From the NCBI RefSeq assembly GCF_000016745.1, contig NC_009483.1, forward strand, positions 1,830,001-1,862,000: a stretch of DNA of 32,000 bases. Direction: 5' to 3'. The notes beneath the pieces were generated by a model. That model searched no databases, was not told the DNA's origin, and saw nothing but the letters and a program-made list of their open reading frames with translations. Source of the stretch: Geotalea uraniireducens Rf4. GTDB taxonomy: Bacteria > Desulfobacterota > Desulfuromonadia > Geobacterales > Geobacteraceae. The position numbers were made by a program, and so were the translations under genes. Positions 1-7,185 of this stretch are shown piece after piece. Position 1 is the stretch's first letter; every line of letters begins with the position of its first letter.

Positions 1-274
1 CGACCACTTCGCCGTTTCGGGCGATGATGGTGACCCTGGCCTTCACCTCTTTGCCGATAGCTGCGGCAATTGCCTGGGCATCATGGTACAGGTCTCCACC
101 TTCTCTTCCTGCCATGAGCGCCGCCATCCTGGTTTCGTTTGTCAGATTGTCCTTTATTTCGGCCAGCAAATAGTCTTCAAGGGCGTTATTAAGGTAGCCG
201 TAAAGTATGCCGCCCATGAGCAACACCAGGCAGAGGTATGAGACCATCAGTTTCCAGCGAAAGGTGACCTTCAT
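1..274 (-). CDS. Sensor histidine kinase, N-terminal fragment (PhoR-like partner of the adjacent regulator); continues beyond the left edge
   Basis: Absent from the ORF track because there is no stop in the window. The minus-strand ATG at 274-272 overlaps the TAA stop of the upstream regulator by one base (TAATG). The translation MKVTFRWKLMVSYLCLVLLMGGILYGYLNNALEDYLLAEIKDNL... begins with a hydrophobic membrane segment. It lies directly downstream of an OmpR/PhoB-type regulator. Confidence 0.6.
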   Translation of the reverse strand, partial: MKVTFRWKLMVSYLCLVLLMGGILYGYLNNALEDYLLAEIKDNLTNETRMAALMAGREGGDLYHDAQAIAAAIGKEVKARVTIIARNGEVV

Positions 275-951
275 TATTCCTCCATCTTGTAGCCGAAACC
301 ACGCACGGTCTTGATCATTTCTCCTGCCTCGCCGAGTTTGGTCCTGAGCCTTGTCACATGGGTGTCCACCGTCCGGGTATCCCCCACATAATTGTATCCC
401 CAGACGTTTTGCAGCAGGAGGTCACGGCTCTGCACGCGCCCCAGGCGCTCGGCCAGGTTGAGGAGCAGCTTGAATTCGGTGGTCGTGAGGACAATCTCTT
501 CGCCGGCAACGCTGACCATGTGCCGTTCGGTGTCGATGGTGACGAGGCCGATGGTGATGCACTTTCCCTGCGCTTTTTCCGGCATGGTGCGGCGCAGCAC
601 CGCCTTGACCCGCAGTAACAACTCCCGGGTGGAGAAAGGTTTCACCATGTAATCGTCCGCGCCCACTTCAAAACCGACGACCCGGTCTATCTCCTCCCCC
701 TTGGCGGTCAGCATGATGATCGGAATGGCGGCGGTTTTTTCATTCTTCTTCAGGAGCTTGCAGATCTCGGTCCCCATCAGGCCGGGAAGCATCAGATCCA
801 GGAGAATGAGGTCGGGAGGATTGCTGCGCGCGGCTTCCAGGCCGGAAACACCGTCAAGGGCGATGAGCGGCCGGTATCCTTCCTTTTCCAGGTTGAAGGC
901 TATCAGTTCCGCCAGGTCCCGTTCGTCTTCGATCACGAGTATGGTCTTCAT
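274..951 (-). CDS. phoB: OmpR/PhoB-family response regulator (receiver plus winged-helix DNA-binding domain), PhoB-like
   Basis: 225-aa ORF. The receiver domain has the acceptor context DLILLDLMLPG and GADDYMVKPF. The C-terminal winged helix reads LTTTEFKLLLNLAERLGRVQSRDLLLQNVWGY...RTVDTHVTRLRTKL...VRGFGYKM. It appears translationally coupled to the downstream kinase, and a Pho-box-like site lies upstream (1155-1172). The phoB symbol is tentative. Confidence 0.9.
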   Translation of the reverse strand: MKTILVIEDERDLAELIAFNLEKEGYRPLIALDGVSGLEAARSNPPDLILLDLMLPGLMGTEICKLLKKNEKTAAIPIIMLTAKGEEIDRVVGFEVGADDYMVKPFSTRELLLRVKAVLRRTMPEKAQGKCITIGLVTIDTERHMVSVAGEEIVLTTTEFKLLLNLAERLGRVQSRDLLLQNVWGYNYVGDTRTVDTHVTRLRTKLGEAGEMIKTVRGFGYKMEE

Positions 952-1154
952 TGCGGCTCTCTTTCTTGGTTTGTTTCTGTCCGGAAAGGGTGCTTTTCCG
1001 CCCTGACTGTGTCAATCTGCGGGCTTGCTTGTGCGGCGTACCGATGTACGCCTCCGCGCAACCCTTGATTTCCTTGCCAGGACAAAAAATCCCCGCTTTC
1101 CGAATCAGAAACCAATAGTTTGCTGATCTTCTTATCGGATGCTACAGGAGATAT

Positions 1155-1172
1155 ATGACAGTTATGTTACAG
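1155..1172 (-). promoter_or_regulatory. Pho-box-like site (two 7-bp direct repeats at 11-bp periodicity) upstream of the phoB-like operon
   Basis: The minus strand reads CTGTAAC-ATAA-CTGTCAT followed by ATAT. This matches the E. coli Pho box consensus CTGTCATA(A/T)A(A/T)CTGTCA(C/T) in layout and most positions. It has the same orientation as the regulator gene, about 200 nt upstream of its start. Confidence 0.5.
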
Positions 1173-1194
1173 GTGTGTAAAAAGCCTGGTCGGC

Positions 1195-1230
1195 TGTTCC
1201 ACAGCGCCTGTGGATAAGTATTGTGGATAA
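1195..1230 (-). promoter_or_regulatory. DnaA-box cluster: two perfect TTATCCACA boxes plus one 7/9 box
   Basis: TGTGGATAA at 1209-1217 and 1222-1230 is the reverse complement of the consensus DnaA box TTATCCACA. TGTTCCACA at 1195-1203 is a 7/9 match in the opposite orientation. The palindrome CCACAGCGCCTGTGG spans 1199-1213. Confidence 0.5.
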
Positions 1231-1469
1231 TATGTTAATCAACGGAAAAAGGTTTAATAAATATGATACTCGCAGCAAATTGCCTAAGAAAACGGCAGTG
1301 GGATTTTGACAGTAATCTTGTCGAAATAATCAATTAAAACAATATGTTAGCGTAAATAACCGGAATGCAAGGAGAATGCTTCTGTCAAGGATTATTTACA
1401 ATAATAAAATGTAACACATGGTGTAACAAAAATAAGAAAAATAAAGGAATAACACTTCGTTTTAAAACC

Positions 1470-1496
1470 TTGACTTGTCATAAATGCTGTGATAAT
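1470..1496 (+). promoter_or_regulatory. Candidate sigma70 promoter for the acyl-CoA ligase gene
   Basis: TTGACT (1470-1475), a 15-nt spacer, then TGtGATAAT (extended -10, GATAAT at 1491-1496), about 75 nt upstream of the ATG at 1573. Confidence 0.35.
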
Positions 1497-1572
1497 TGGT
1501 AAATCCCTTTTAAATCAATGAGTTAAATTTGCATGTAAAGGCCAGATATGACGAAACTCCGGAGGATAAATT

Positions 1573-3231
1573 ATGTCACGGCAGCTTGAATTTACTATGG
1601 GAGGTTTGTTGGATCATATTGCGCAGCAATTCCCTGATAACGAAGCCTTGATTTATGTTGAGAGGGGCCTTCGTTATTCCTATCGGGAATTCAACGAGGT
1701 CTGCCGTCAGGTGGCCAAGGGGCTGCTCAAGATGGGAATTAAAAAGGGAGATAACCTCTCAATCTGGGCCTATAACGTTCCTGAGTGGGTCATCCTCCAG
1801 TTTGCCACTGCCAAGATCGGCGCTGTACTGGTGACCGTCAACACCAGCTACAAGTCTGCGGAGCTGGAGTATATATTAAAGCAGTCCGATTCGAATACGC
1901 TGTTCCTCGTCCAGGGGTTCAAAGACACCGACTATGTGGCGACCCTTCTGGATGTGGCGCCTGAGTTGGCAACCAGCAGGCCGGGCGAGCTTCAGGCTGC
2001 AAATCTTCCCTGTTTAAAGAATGTGGTTTTTCTTGGTGAGGGGAGCCACGCCGGCATGGTTGATTTTACCGGTATCATGGAACTGGGCAAGGACGTGTCC
2101 GATGCCGAGCTGGCCGCAGTGGAATCAACCCTTGACCGCCACGACGTGATCAATATGCAGTACACATCAGGAACCACCGGTTTTCCCAAGGGTGTCATGC
2201 TGACCCACTTCAACGTCATCAATAATGGTTTCAACATCGGCGAATGCATGCGGTTCACCGACAAGGACCGCCTCTGCATCCCGGTGCCGTTCTTCCACTG
2301 CTTCGGTTGCGTGCTTGGGGTCATGGCCTGCGTTACCCACGGCTCCGCCATGGTGCCGGTGGAGATCTTCGATCCGCTCAAGGTGCTCCAGGCCATTGAA
2401 AAGGAGCGCTGTACCGCCGTACATGGCGTTCCGACCATGTTCATCGCCGAACTGGAACACCCCGAGTTTCCGAAATTCGACCTGAAAAGCTTGCGAAGCG
2501 GGATCATGGCGGGCTCCAACTGTCCGATCGAGGTGATGAAGCGGGTCATTCGCGATATGAACGCCTCGGAAATAACGATTGCCTATGGTCAGACCGAATC
2601 TTCTCCGGTAATCACCCAGACCCGCACCGATGATGCCATTGAGCTGAGGGTTGCCACGGTCGGTCGGGCGCTCCCTGACGTGGAGGTTAAGATTGTCGAT
2701 ATCGAGACGGGCAACGAGCTCCCCCCCGGCAAGCAGGGAGAACTGTGCACCCGCGGCTACCTGGTGATGAAAGGGTATTACAATATGCCGGAAGAAACGG
2801 CCAAGGTGATTGATGCCGACGGCTGGCTGCATACCGGCGACCTGGCGGTGATGGATGAGAATGGTTACTGCAAGATCACCGGCCGGATAAAGAACATGAT
2901 TATCCGCGGCGGCGAGAACATCTATCCCCGCGAGATCGAGGAATTCCTTTACACCCTTCCGAAGGTCTCCGATGTGCAGGTCTACGGTGTTCCTGACCGC
3001 AAGTACGGCGAGCAAGTGATGGCGGCCATTGTCCTGAAGAAAGGTGTGACGATGACCGAGGAAGAGGCGCGGGAGTTCTGCCGGGGCAGGATAGCCAACT
3101 ACAAGATACCGAAATATGTGAAATTCGTTGATTCCTATCCCATGACCGCATCTGGCAAGATTCAGAAATTCAAGCTGCGGGAGATGGCAATCCGCGAGTT
3201 GCAACTGGAGGATGCCGGTGAAACGGCATAA
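1573..3231 (+). CDS. AMP-dependent acyl-CoA synthetase/ligase (medium-chain/ACSF2-like)
   Basis: 552-aa ORF with SD GGAGG 7 nt upstream. AMP-binding signature YTSGTTGFPKG, plus LHTGD and GRIKNMIIRGGENIYPREIEE motifs and the terminal SGKIQKFKLR, all typical of adenylate-forming ligases. Confidence 0.9.
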   Translation: MSRQLEFTMGGLLDHIAQQFPDNEALIYVERGLRYSYREFNEVCRQVAKGLLKMGIKKGDNLSIWAYNVPEWVILQFATAKIGAVLVTVNTSYKSAELEYILKQSDSNTLFLVQGFKDTDYVATLLDVAPELATSRPGELQAANLPCLKNVVFLGEGSHAGMVDFTGIMELGKDVSDAELAAVESTLDRHDVINMQYTSGTTGFPKGVMLTHFNVINNGFNIGECMRFTDKDRLCIPVPFFHCFGCVLGVMACVTHGSAMVPVEIFDPLKVLQAIEKERCTAVHGVPTMFIAELEHPEFPKFDLKSLRSGIMAGSNCPIEVMKRVIRDMNASEITIAYGQTESSPVITQTRTDDAIELRVATVGRALPDVEVKIVDIETGNELPPGKQGELCTRGYLVMKGYYNMPEETAKVIDADGWLHTGDLAVMDENGYCKITGRIKNMIIRGGENIYPREIEEFLYTLPKVSDVQVYGVPDRKYGEQVMAAIVLKKGVTMTEEEAREFCRGRIANYKIPKYVKFVDSYPMTASGKIQKFKLREMAIRELQLEDAGETA

Positions 3232-3250
3232 CACAATTTAGATTCGCATC

Positions 3251-3283
3251 AGGCTGAGCCATTTAATCCTCAGCCTTTTGTTA
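3251..3283 (+). terminator. Rho-independent terminator after the acyl-CoA ligase gene
   Basis: Stem AGGCTGAG (3251-3258) pairs with CTCAGCCT (3269-3276) across a 10-nt loop, followed by TTTGTTATT. Confidence 0.6.
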
Positions 3284-3298
3284 TTAAAGGAGCACGGA

Positions 3299-3445
3299 AT
3301 GCGAGAAAAGGCGTTGGGTATCATATTTTTTCTGTTTATGGTCTGCTTTATAGCGATTATTGTTGAAGAAACCTTCCTCGGCGGGAAAAAGAAAAGAAAG
3401 CTGATCAAAGAAGCGCGGGAAAAACAAAATTCTGTGACGGATTAA
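3299..3445 (+). CDS. Small predicted membrane protein (48 aa), hypothetical
   Basis: Below the ORF-track size cut-off. AGGAG lies 7 nt upstream of ATG 3299. The translation MREKALGIIFFLFMVCFIAIIVEETFLGGKKKRKLIKEAREKQNSVTD has one hydrophobic helix followed by a Lys/Arg-rich tail. It fits between the terminator and the next gene. Confidence 0.4.
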   Translation: MREKALGIIFFLFMVCFIAIIVEETFLGGKKKRKLIKEAREKQNSVTD

Positions 3446-3463
3446 CCGTTTTAAGGGGGCATT

Positions 3464-4654
3464 ATGCGTATCACACCTGCTGAGGAACTTGCGTACCGGT
3501 GCAAACGACTGCAGCATTTCATGGTTGAGGAGGGACTGGATGCGGTGATCATGCTGCAGAACGCCGATCTCTTCTATTTTACCGGCACCATACAGGCCGG
3601 CAATCTCTATGTCCCGGCTGAAGGAGAGCCGCTTTACATGGTGCGCAAGGATTTCATGCGGGCGCGGATGGAATGCGGATTGAAGGAGGTGGTGCCGTTC
3701 AGCTCCATGAAGGACCTTCCCGCACTTCTTGCCGGTTACGGCTATCCTGTGCCTGCGCGGATCGGGATGGAACTGGACGTGCTGCCGGTCAACTTTTTCG
3801 ACCGTTACCAAAAGGTCTTTCCAGCAGCCCGGTTCAGTGATGCCACCCCCAGTATCCGCAAGGTGCGGATGATCAAGACCCATTATGAGATACATTTGCT
3901 TCAGGATGCTGCCAACCAGGTGGACAAGGTCAACAGCAGGGTGAAAGAGGTGGTCCGCGAGGGTATGACCGACCTTGAGCTTGCCGCAGAGCTTGAATAC
4001 ACTGCCAGGAGAGAGGGGCATCAGGGTCTCGTCAGGATGCGGGCTTTCAATGGAGAAATGGTTTATGCCCATGTGTTTTCCGGCCCTGATACCGCGGTTC
4101 CGGCCTACCTGGACACGCCTCTCGGCGGTATGGGGCTGAATCCCAGCTTCGGCCAGGGGGCCGGATACAATAGAATAGAAAGAAATGAACCGATTATTGT
4201 CGATTTTGCTGGCAGTTTTGATGGCTATCTGGTGGATCAGACACGGATATTTGCCATTGGCGGGTTGTCCGATAAGCTGAAGAAAGGTTATGAGGACATG
4301 TTGAAGATCCAGGAACGGATGATGGCGCTTGCACCCGAGAGGCCGACCTGGGGGCGGATTTACGAGGAATGCCTGGACCTGGCAGTGGAGCTTGGCTATG
4401 CGGAAAGCTTCATGGGCCGCAGGGGGGCGCAGGTTTCTTTCATCGGCCACGGCCTTGGTATCGAGATTGATGAATATCCGTTTCTGGCGAAGGGGTTCAA
4501 TGACATGACCCTGGAACCGGGAATGGTCTTTGCCTTCGAGCCGAAGGTGGTGTTTCCCGGCGAGGGAGCAATCGGCATCGAAAACACCTTTTACCTCACC
4601 GAAAGCGGTCTGAAGCAGCTTACCTTTTCCGACCAGAAATTAATAATTTTATAA
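3464..4654 (+). CDS. M24-family metallopeptidase (Xaa-Pro aminopeptidase/dipeptidase-like)
   Basis: 396-aa ORF with SD AAGGGGG. It has a creatinase/prolidase-like N-terminal region and a pita-bread catalytic domain with metal-ligand contexts IIVDFAG..DGYLVDQTR, FIGHGLGIEIDE, FAFEP and GIENTF. Confidence 0.85.
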   Translation: MRITPAEELAYRCKRLQHFMVEEGLDAVIMLQNADLFYFTGTIQAGNLYVPAEGEPLYMVRKDFMRARMECGLKEVVPFSSMKDLPALLAGYGYPVPARIGMELDVLPVNFFDRYQKVFPAARFSDATPSIRKVRMIKTHYEIHLLQDAANQVDKVNSRVKEVVREGMTDLELAAELEYTARREGHQGLVRMRAFNGEMVYAHVFSGPDTAVPAYLDTPLGGMGLNPSFGQGAGYNRIERNEPIIVDFAGSFDGYLVDQTRIFAIGGLSDKLKKGYEDMLKIQERMMALAPERPTWGRIYEECLDLAVELGYAESFMGRRGAQVSFIGHGLGIEIDEYPFLAKGFNDMTLEPGMVFAFEPKVVFPGEGAIGIENTFYLTESGLKQLTFSDQKLIIL

Positions 4655-4677
4655 AATATCTTAACATAAATTTTTTG

Positions 4678-4706
4678 TTGAATTTAATATGACAGGATGG
4701 TATAAG
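4678..4706 (+). promoter_or_regulatory. Candidate sigma70 promoter for citrate synthase (would give a leader of about 230 nt)
   Basis: TTGAAT (4678-4683), a 17-nt spacer, TATAAG (4701-4706), in an AT-rich intergenic region. Confidence 0.35.
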
Positions 4707-4935
4707 TTACGCAAATTTTGTATACAGTATATTTTAGAATTATAGTCTAACGTTTTATGTGTCTATCCTCCCGCTGTTTTTCGTTTGCATCGTTCACCTT
4801 GTATATATTTAAGTCGTACCATGTCTAGGCGTTATCAATCGGTGTAGGAAAGGAGGGAGTTGGTTAGGTCTTTTTGGCTTGTAATGCATTTCATTTTTAT
4901 TAATCACCCCAACAGACAAAAGGAGAACAAACACC

Positions 4936-6261
4936 ATGGCACTTAAGGAAACCCTGAAGCAGAAGATTGAGGCACATCGTCCCCGCACTACCCGACTCGT
5001 GAAGGAATTCGGCAAGGTCATCATCGACCAGGTAACCATCGACCAATGCATCGGCGGCGCCCGCGACATCCGCAGCCTTGTTACCGACATCTCCTACCTG
5101 GATCCCCAGGAAGGGATACGCTTCCGCGGCAAGACCATCCCCGAGACGTTTGCCGCCCTGCCAAAGGCTGACGGCTCCAAGTATCCGACCGTCGAGTCCT
5201 TCTGGTACTTCCTCCTGACCGGCGATGTTCCGACCCAGGCTCAGGTGGATGAAGTCGTGGCCGAGTGGAAAACGCGTCAGGAAGTTCCCCAGTACGTGTT
5301 TGACGCGATCCGCGCCCTGCCTCGTGAAAGCCATCCGATGGTTATGCTTTCCGTCGGTATCCTGGCCCTGCAGAAAGATTCCAAGTTCGCCGGTTTCTAC
5401 AATTCGGGCAAGTTCAACAAGATGACTGCCTGGGAATCAGTATACGAAGATGCCAGCGATATCGTTGCTCGCATCCCCATCATCGCTGCTTTCATCTACA
5501 ACCTGAAGTTCAGGGGCGACAAGCAGATCGCTATCGATCCGAAACTGGACATGGGCGCCAACTTCGCCCACATGATCGGCCAGAGTGAAGAGTACAAGGA
5601 CGTTGCCCGTATGTACTTCATCCTGCACTCCGACCACGAGTCCGGAAACGTTTCAGCCCACACCACTCATCTGGTGCACTCCGCCCTTTCCGACCCCTAC
5701 TATGCGTACTCAGCCGGTCTGAACGGTCTGGCAGGTCCGCTGCACGGTCTTGCCAATCAGGAAGTTCTCGACTGGACCATGAAGTTCCAGGAGAAGTACT
5801 GCAAAGGCGTCGAGCCCACTAAAGAACTCGTCACCAAGGCACTGTGGGATACCCTCAATGCCGGTCAGGTTATTCCGGGTTACGGCCACGCCGTTCTTCG
5901 CAAGACCGATCCGCGCTACATGTCACAGCGTGAGTTCTGCCTCAACACCCCCGGCCTCAAGGACGATCCGCTCTTCAAACTGGTTGCCATGATCTTTGAA
6001 GTTGCTCCGGGCGTCCTCACCGAGCACGGCAAAACCAAAAACCCTTGGCCGAACGTTGATGCCCAGTCCGGCGTCATCCAGTGGTACTACGGCCTCAAAG
6101 AGTGGGACTTCTACACCGTCCTGTTCGGCGTCGGCCGCGCACTGGGCTGCATGGCCAACATCACTTGGGACCGCGGCCTCGGCTACGCTATCGAGCGTCC
6201 CAAGTCCGTTACCACCGATATGCTGGAGAAGTGGGCGGAAGAAGGCGGCCGCAAGTTCTAG
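4936..6261 (+). CDS. gltA: Citrate synthase, eukaryotic-like type characteristic of Geobacteraceae
   Basis: 441-aa ORF with SD AAGGAG. The N-terminus LKETLKQKIEAHRPRTTRLVKEFGKVIIDQVTIDQCIGGARDIRSLVTDISYLDPQEGIRFRG parallels mitochondrial citrate synthases. Catalytic contexts are HSDHE, GPLHGLANQEV and PGYGHAVLRKTDPR. Confidence 0.95.
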   Translation: MALKETLKQKIEAHRPRTTRLVKEFGKVIIDQVTIDQCIGGARDIRSLVTDISYLDPQEGIRFRGKTIPETFAALPKADGSKYPTVESFWYFLLTGDVPTQAQVDEVVAEWKTRQEVPQYVFDAIRALPRESHPMVMLSVGILALQKDSKFAGFYNSGKFNKMTAWESVYEDASDIVARIPIIAAFIYNLKFRGDKQIAIDPKLDMGANFAHMIGQSEEYKDVARMYFILHSDHESGNVSAHTTHLVHSALSDPYYAYSAGLNGLAGPLHGLANQEVLDWTMKFQEKYCKGVEPTKELVTKALWDTLNAGQVIPGYGHAVLRKTDPRYMSQREFCLNTPGLKDDPLFKLVAMIFEVAPGVLTEHGKTKNPWPNVDAQSGVIQWYYGLKEWDFYTVLFGVGRALGCMANITWDRGLGYAIERPKSVTTDMLEKWAEEGGRKF

Positions 6262-6271
6262 AAATGTTGTC

Positions 6272-6294
6272 GGGGCGCACAAATGTGCGCACCC
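6272..6294. repeat. REP-like GC-rich hairpin (GGGCGCACA..TGTGCGCACCC)
   Basis: Stem GCGCACA (6275-6281) pairs with TGTGCGC (6284-6290). It belongs to the same sequence family as GGGCGCACACATAGGTGCGCCC at 22452-22473. Confidence 0.5.
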
Positions 6295-6304
6295 TTATCA
6301 AGTA

Positions 6305-6341
6305 TAAAAAAGGGAGACGCTTTTAGCGTCTCCCTTTTTTG
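6305..6341 (+). terminator. Bidirectional rho-independent terminator after gltA
   Basis: An A-tract, stem AGGGAGACGC (6311-6320), loop TTTTA, stem GCGTCTCCCT (6326-6335), then TTTTTT. Confidence 0.85.
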
Positions 6342-6396
6342 TAACGACAAGCCTTCAACCCTAGACAGAAACGGCAGTTGGACACTGTTTGTTTTT

Positions 6397-6534
6397 TATA
6401 CCACGTAGGGGCGACAGCACGGCTTCATCGTGCTTCGCCCTTGTTCGCAACGCCACCAAAGGCGGGCGAAGCAGGTAAAGCGTTAGCTTCGCCCCTCCAA
6501 TCAAAAACGGTATATCAGGAAATTCTATGTCCCT
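6397..6534. repeat. 138-bp nested-palindrome intergenic repeat, copy A
   Basis: Aligns without gaps to 30919-31056 with 8 mismatches in 138 positions. Outer arms are GTAGGGGCG ... CGCCCCT(c)C, with four alternating GGGCGA(A)GC / GCTTCGCCC arms inside. Confidence 0.9.
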
Positions 6535-7091
6535 TAGCTATGAGCTTTTTCGCAGAATACTTCGGCACTGAAGATATAGATGTCGGTCCCTTCCTTCCAG
6601 TCTTCCGGTTTTAGCCCGGCTTTAATGCAGGTCTGGCAGAGAAAGGTTTCCCTGTCCCATCCGAATTCGACTGCTACCTGGGGGAGCAGGACGCCGCGGG
6701 AAAAATTTTTCTCAATATACAATCCATGCGTCCCTACTTCAATCTCTTCGATTGAGGAAATCTTTTGCAAGGGGGAAAGGACTGAAATCTCCATGTCGAA
6801 ATTTTCCAGGTCTTGCTCTTTCATCGGATAGAATCGGGGATCCCGCGTAGCAGCAGAAACCGCCATTTCCTGTACCAGTTTATAAAGCGGTTTCTCTGAC
6901 GTAAAATTGCCGATGCAGCCGCGCAGCGTTCCGTTAACTTTTATGCTGACAAAGCAACCCTGATGGGATTGAAGGTTTTCATCGGTTACCTCCTTTTTTT
7001 TGGGGATAACTTCACGCACACAGTTGATGATGGCCTCTCTTGCTAGTTTCAGGAGTTGATTTTTTTCTCTGGCAGTCAGTTTGTTGTTCAC
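6534..7091 (-). CDS. AMMECR1-domain protein (AmmeMemoRadiSam system protein A family)
   Basis: 185-aa ORF with a GTG start and AGGA upstream. It carries the hallmark LRGCIGNF motif and the downstream AATRDPRF and GLYIEK...GVLLPQV contexts. Confidence 0.85.
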   Translation of the reverse strand: MNNKLTAREKNQLLKLAREAIINCVREVIPKKKEVTDENLQSHQGCFVSIKVNGTLRGCIGNFTSEKPLYKLVQEMAVSAATRDPRFYPMKEQDLENFDMEISVLSPLQKISSIEEIEVGTHGLYIEKNFSRGVLLPQVAVEFGWDRETFLCQTCIKAGLKPEDWKEGTDIYIFSAEVFCEKAHS

Positions 7092-7185
7092 GATGAGGTC
7101 CTTGTTATCGGTTGATAATTGTGCGCTAATGTAATATATTCAGCAAATATTTTCAAGGGTTAAGCGTATCCGTAAGGAGGATTAT

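Noticed and set aside
1410-1428. TGTAACA-N5-TGTAACA read as a second canonical Pho box
   Set aside because: The repeat phasing is 12 bp, not the 11 bp of Pho boxes. It is reported only as a possible related site, not as a feature.
1469-1486. CTTGACTTGTCATAAATG as a fourth copy of the fad operator
   Set aside because: Only the left arm (CTTGAC) matches. The right half lacks ACGTYAAG, so it is more simply a -35 element.
952-1572. Possibility that the long AT-rich intergenic region with DnaA boxes is the chromosomal origin (oriC)
   Set aside because: There are only two perfect boxes and one imperfect box. There is no dnaA, dnaN or other origin-linked gene nearby, and no obvious array of AT-rich 13-mer-like repeats. 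The flanking synteny, as I recall it from Geobacter sulfurreducens, is far from the origin. The cluster is kept as a DnaA-box finding only.
2167-4450. Minus-strand ORFs of 355 aa (2167-3234) and 388 aa (3284-4450)
   Set aside because: They are antisense to the acyl-CoA ligase and the M24 peptidase, both of which have clear catalytic motifs. These are shadow ORFs.
6378-6614. 78-aa plus-strand ORF (MDTVCFLYHVGATARLHRASPLF...)
   Set aside because: It is created by the 138-bp palindromic repeat. The equivalent frame at copy B is not maintained as an ORF, and it overlaps the 3' end of the AMMECR1 gene.
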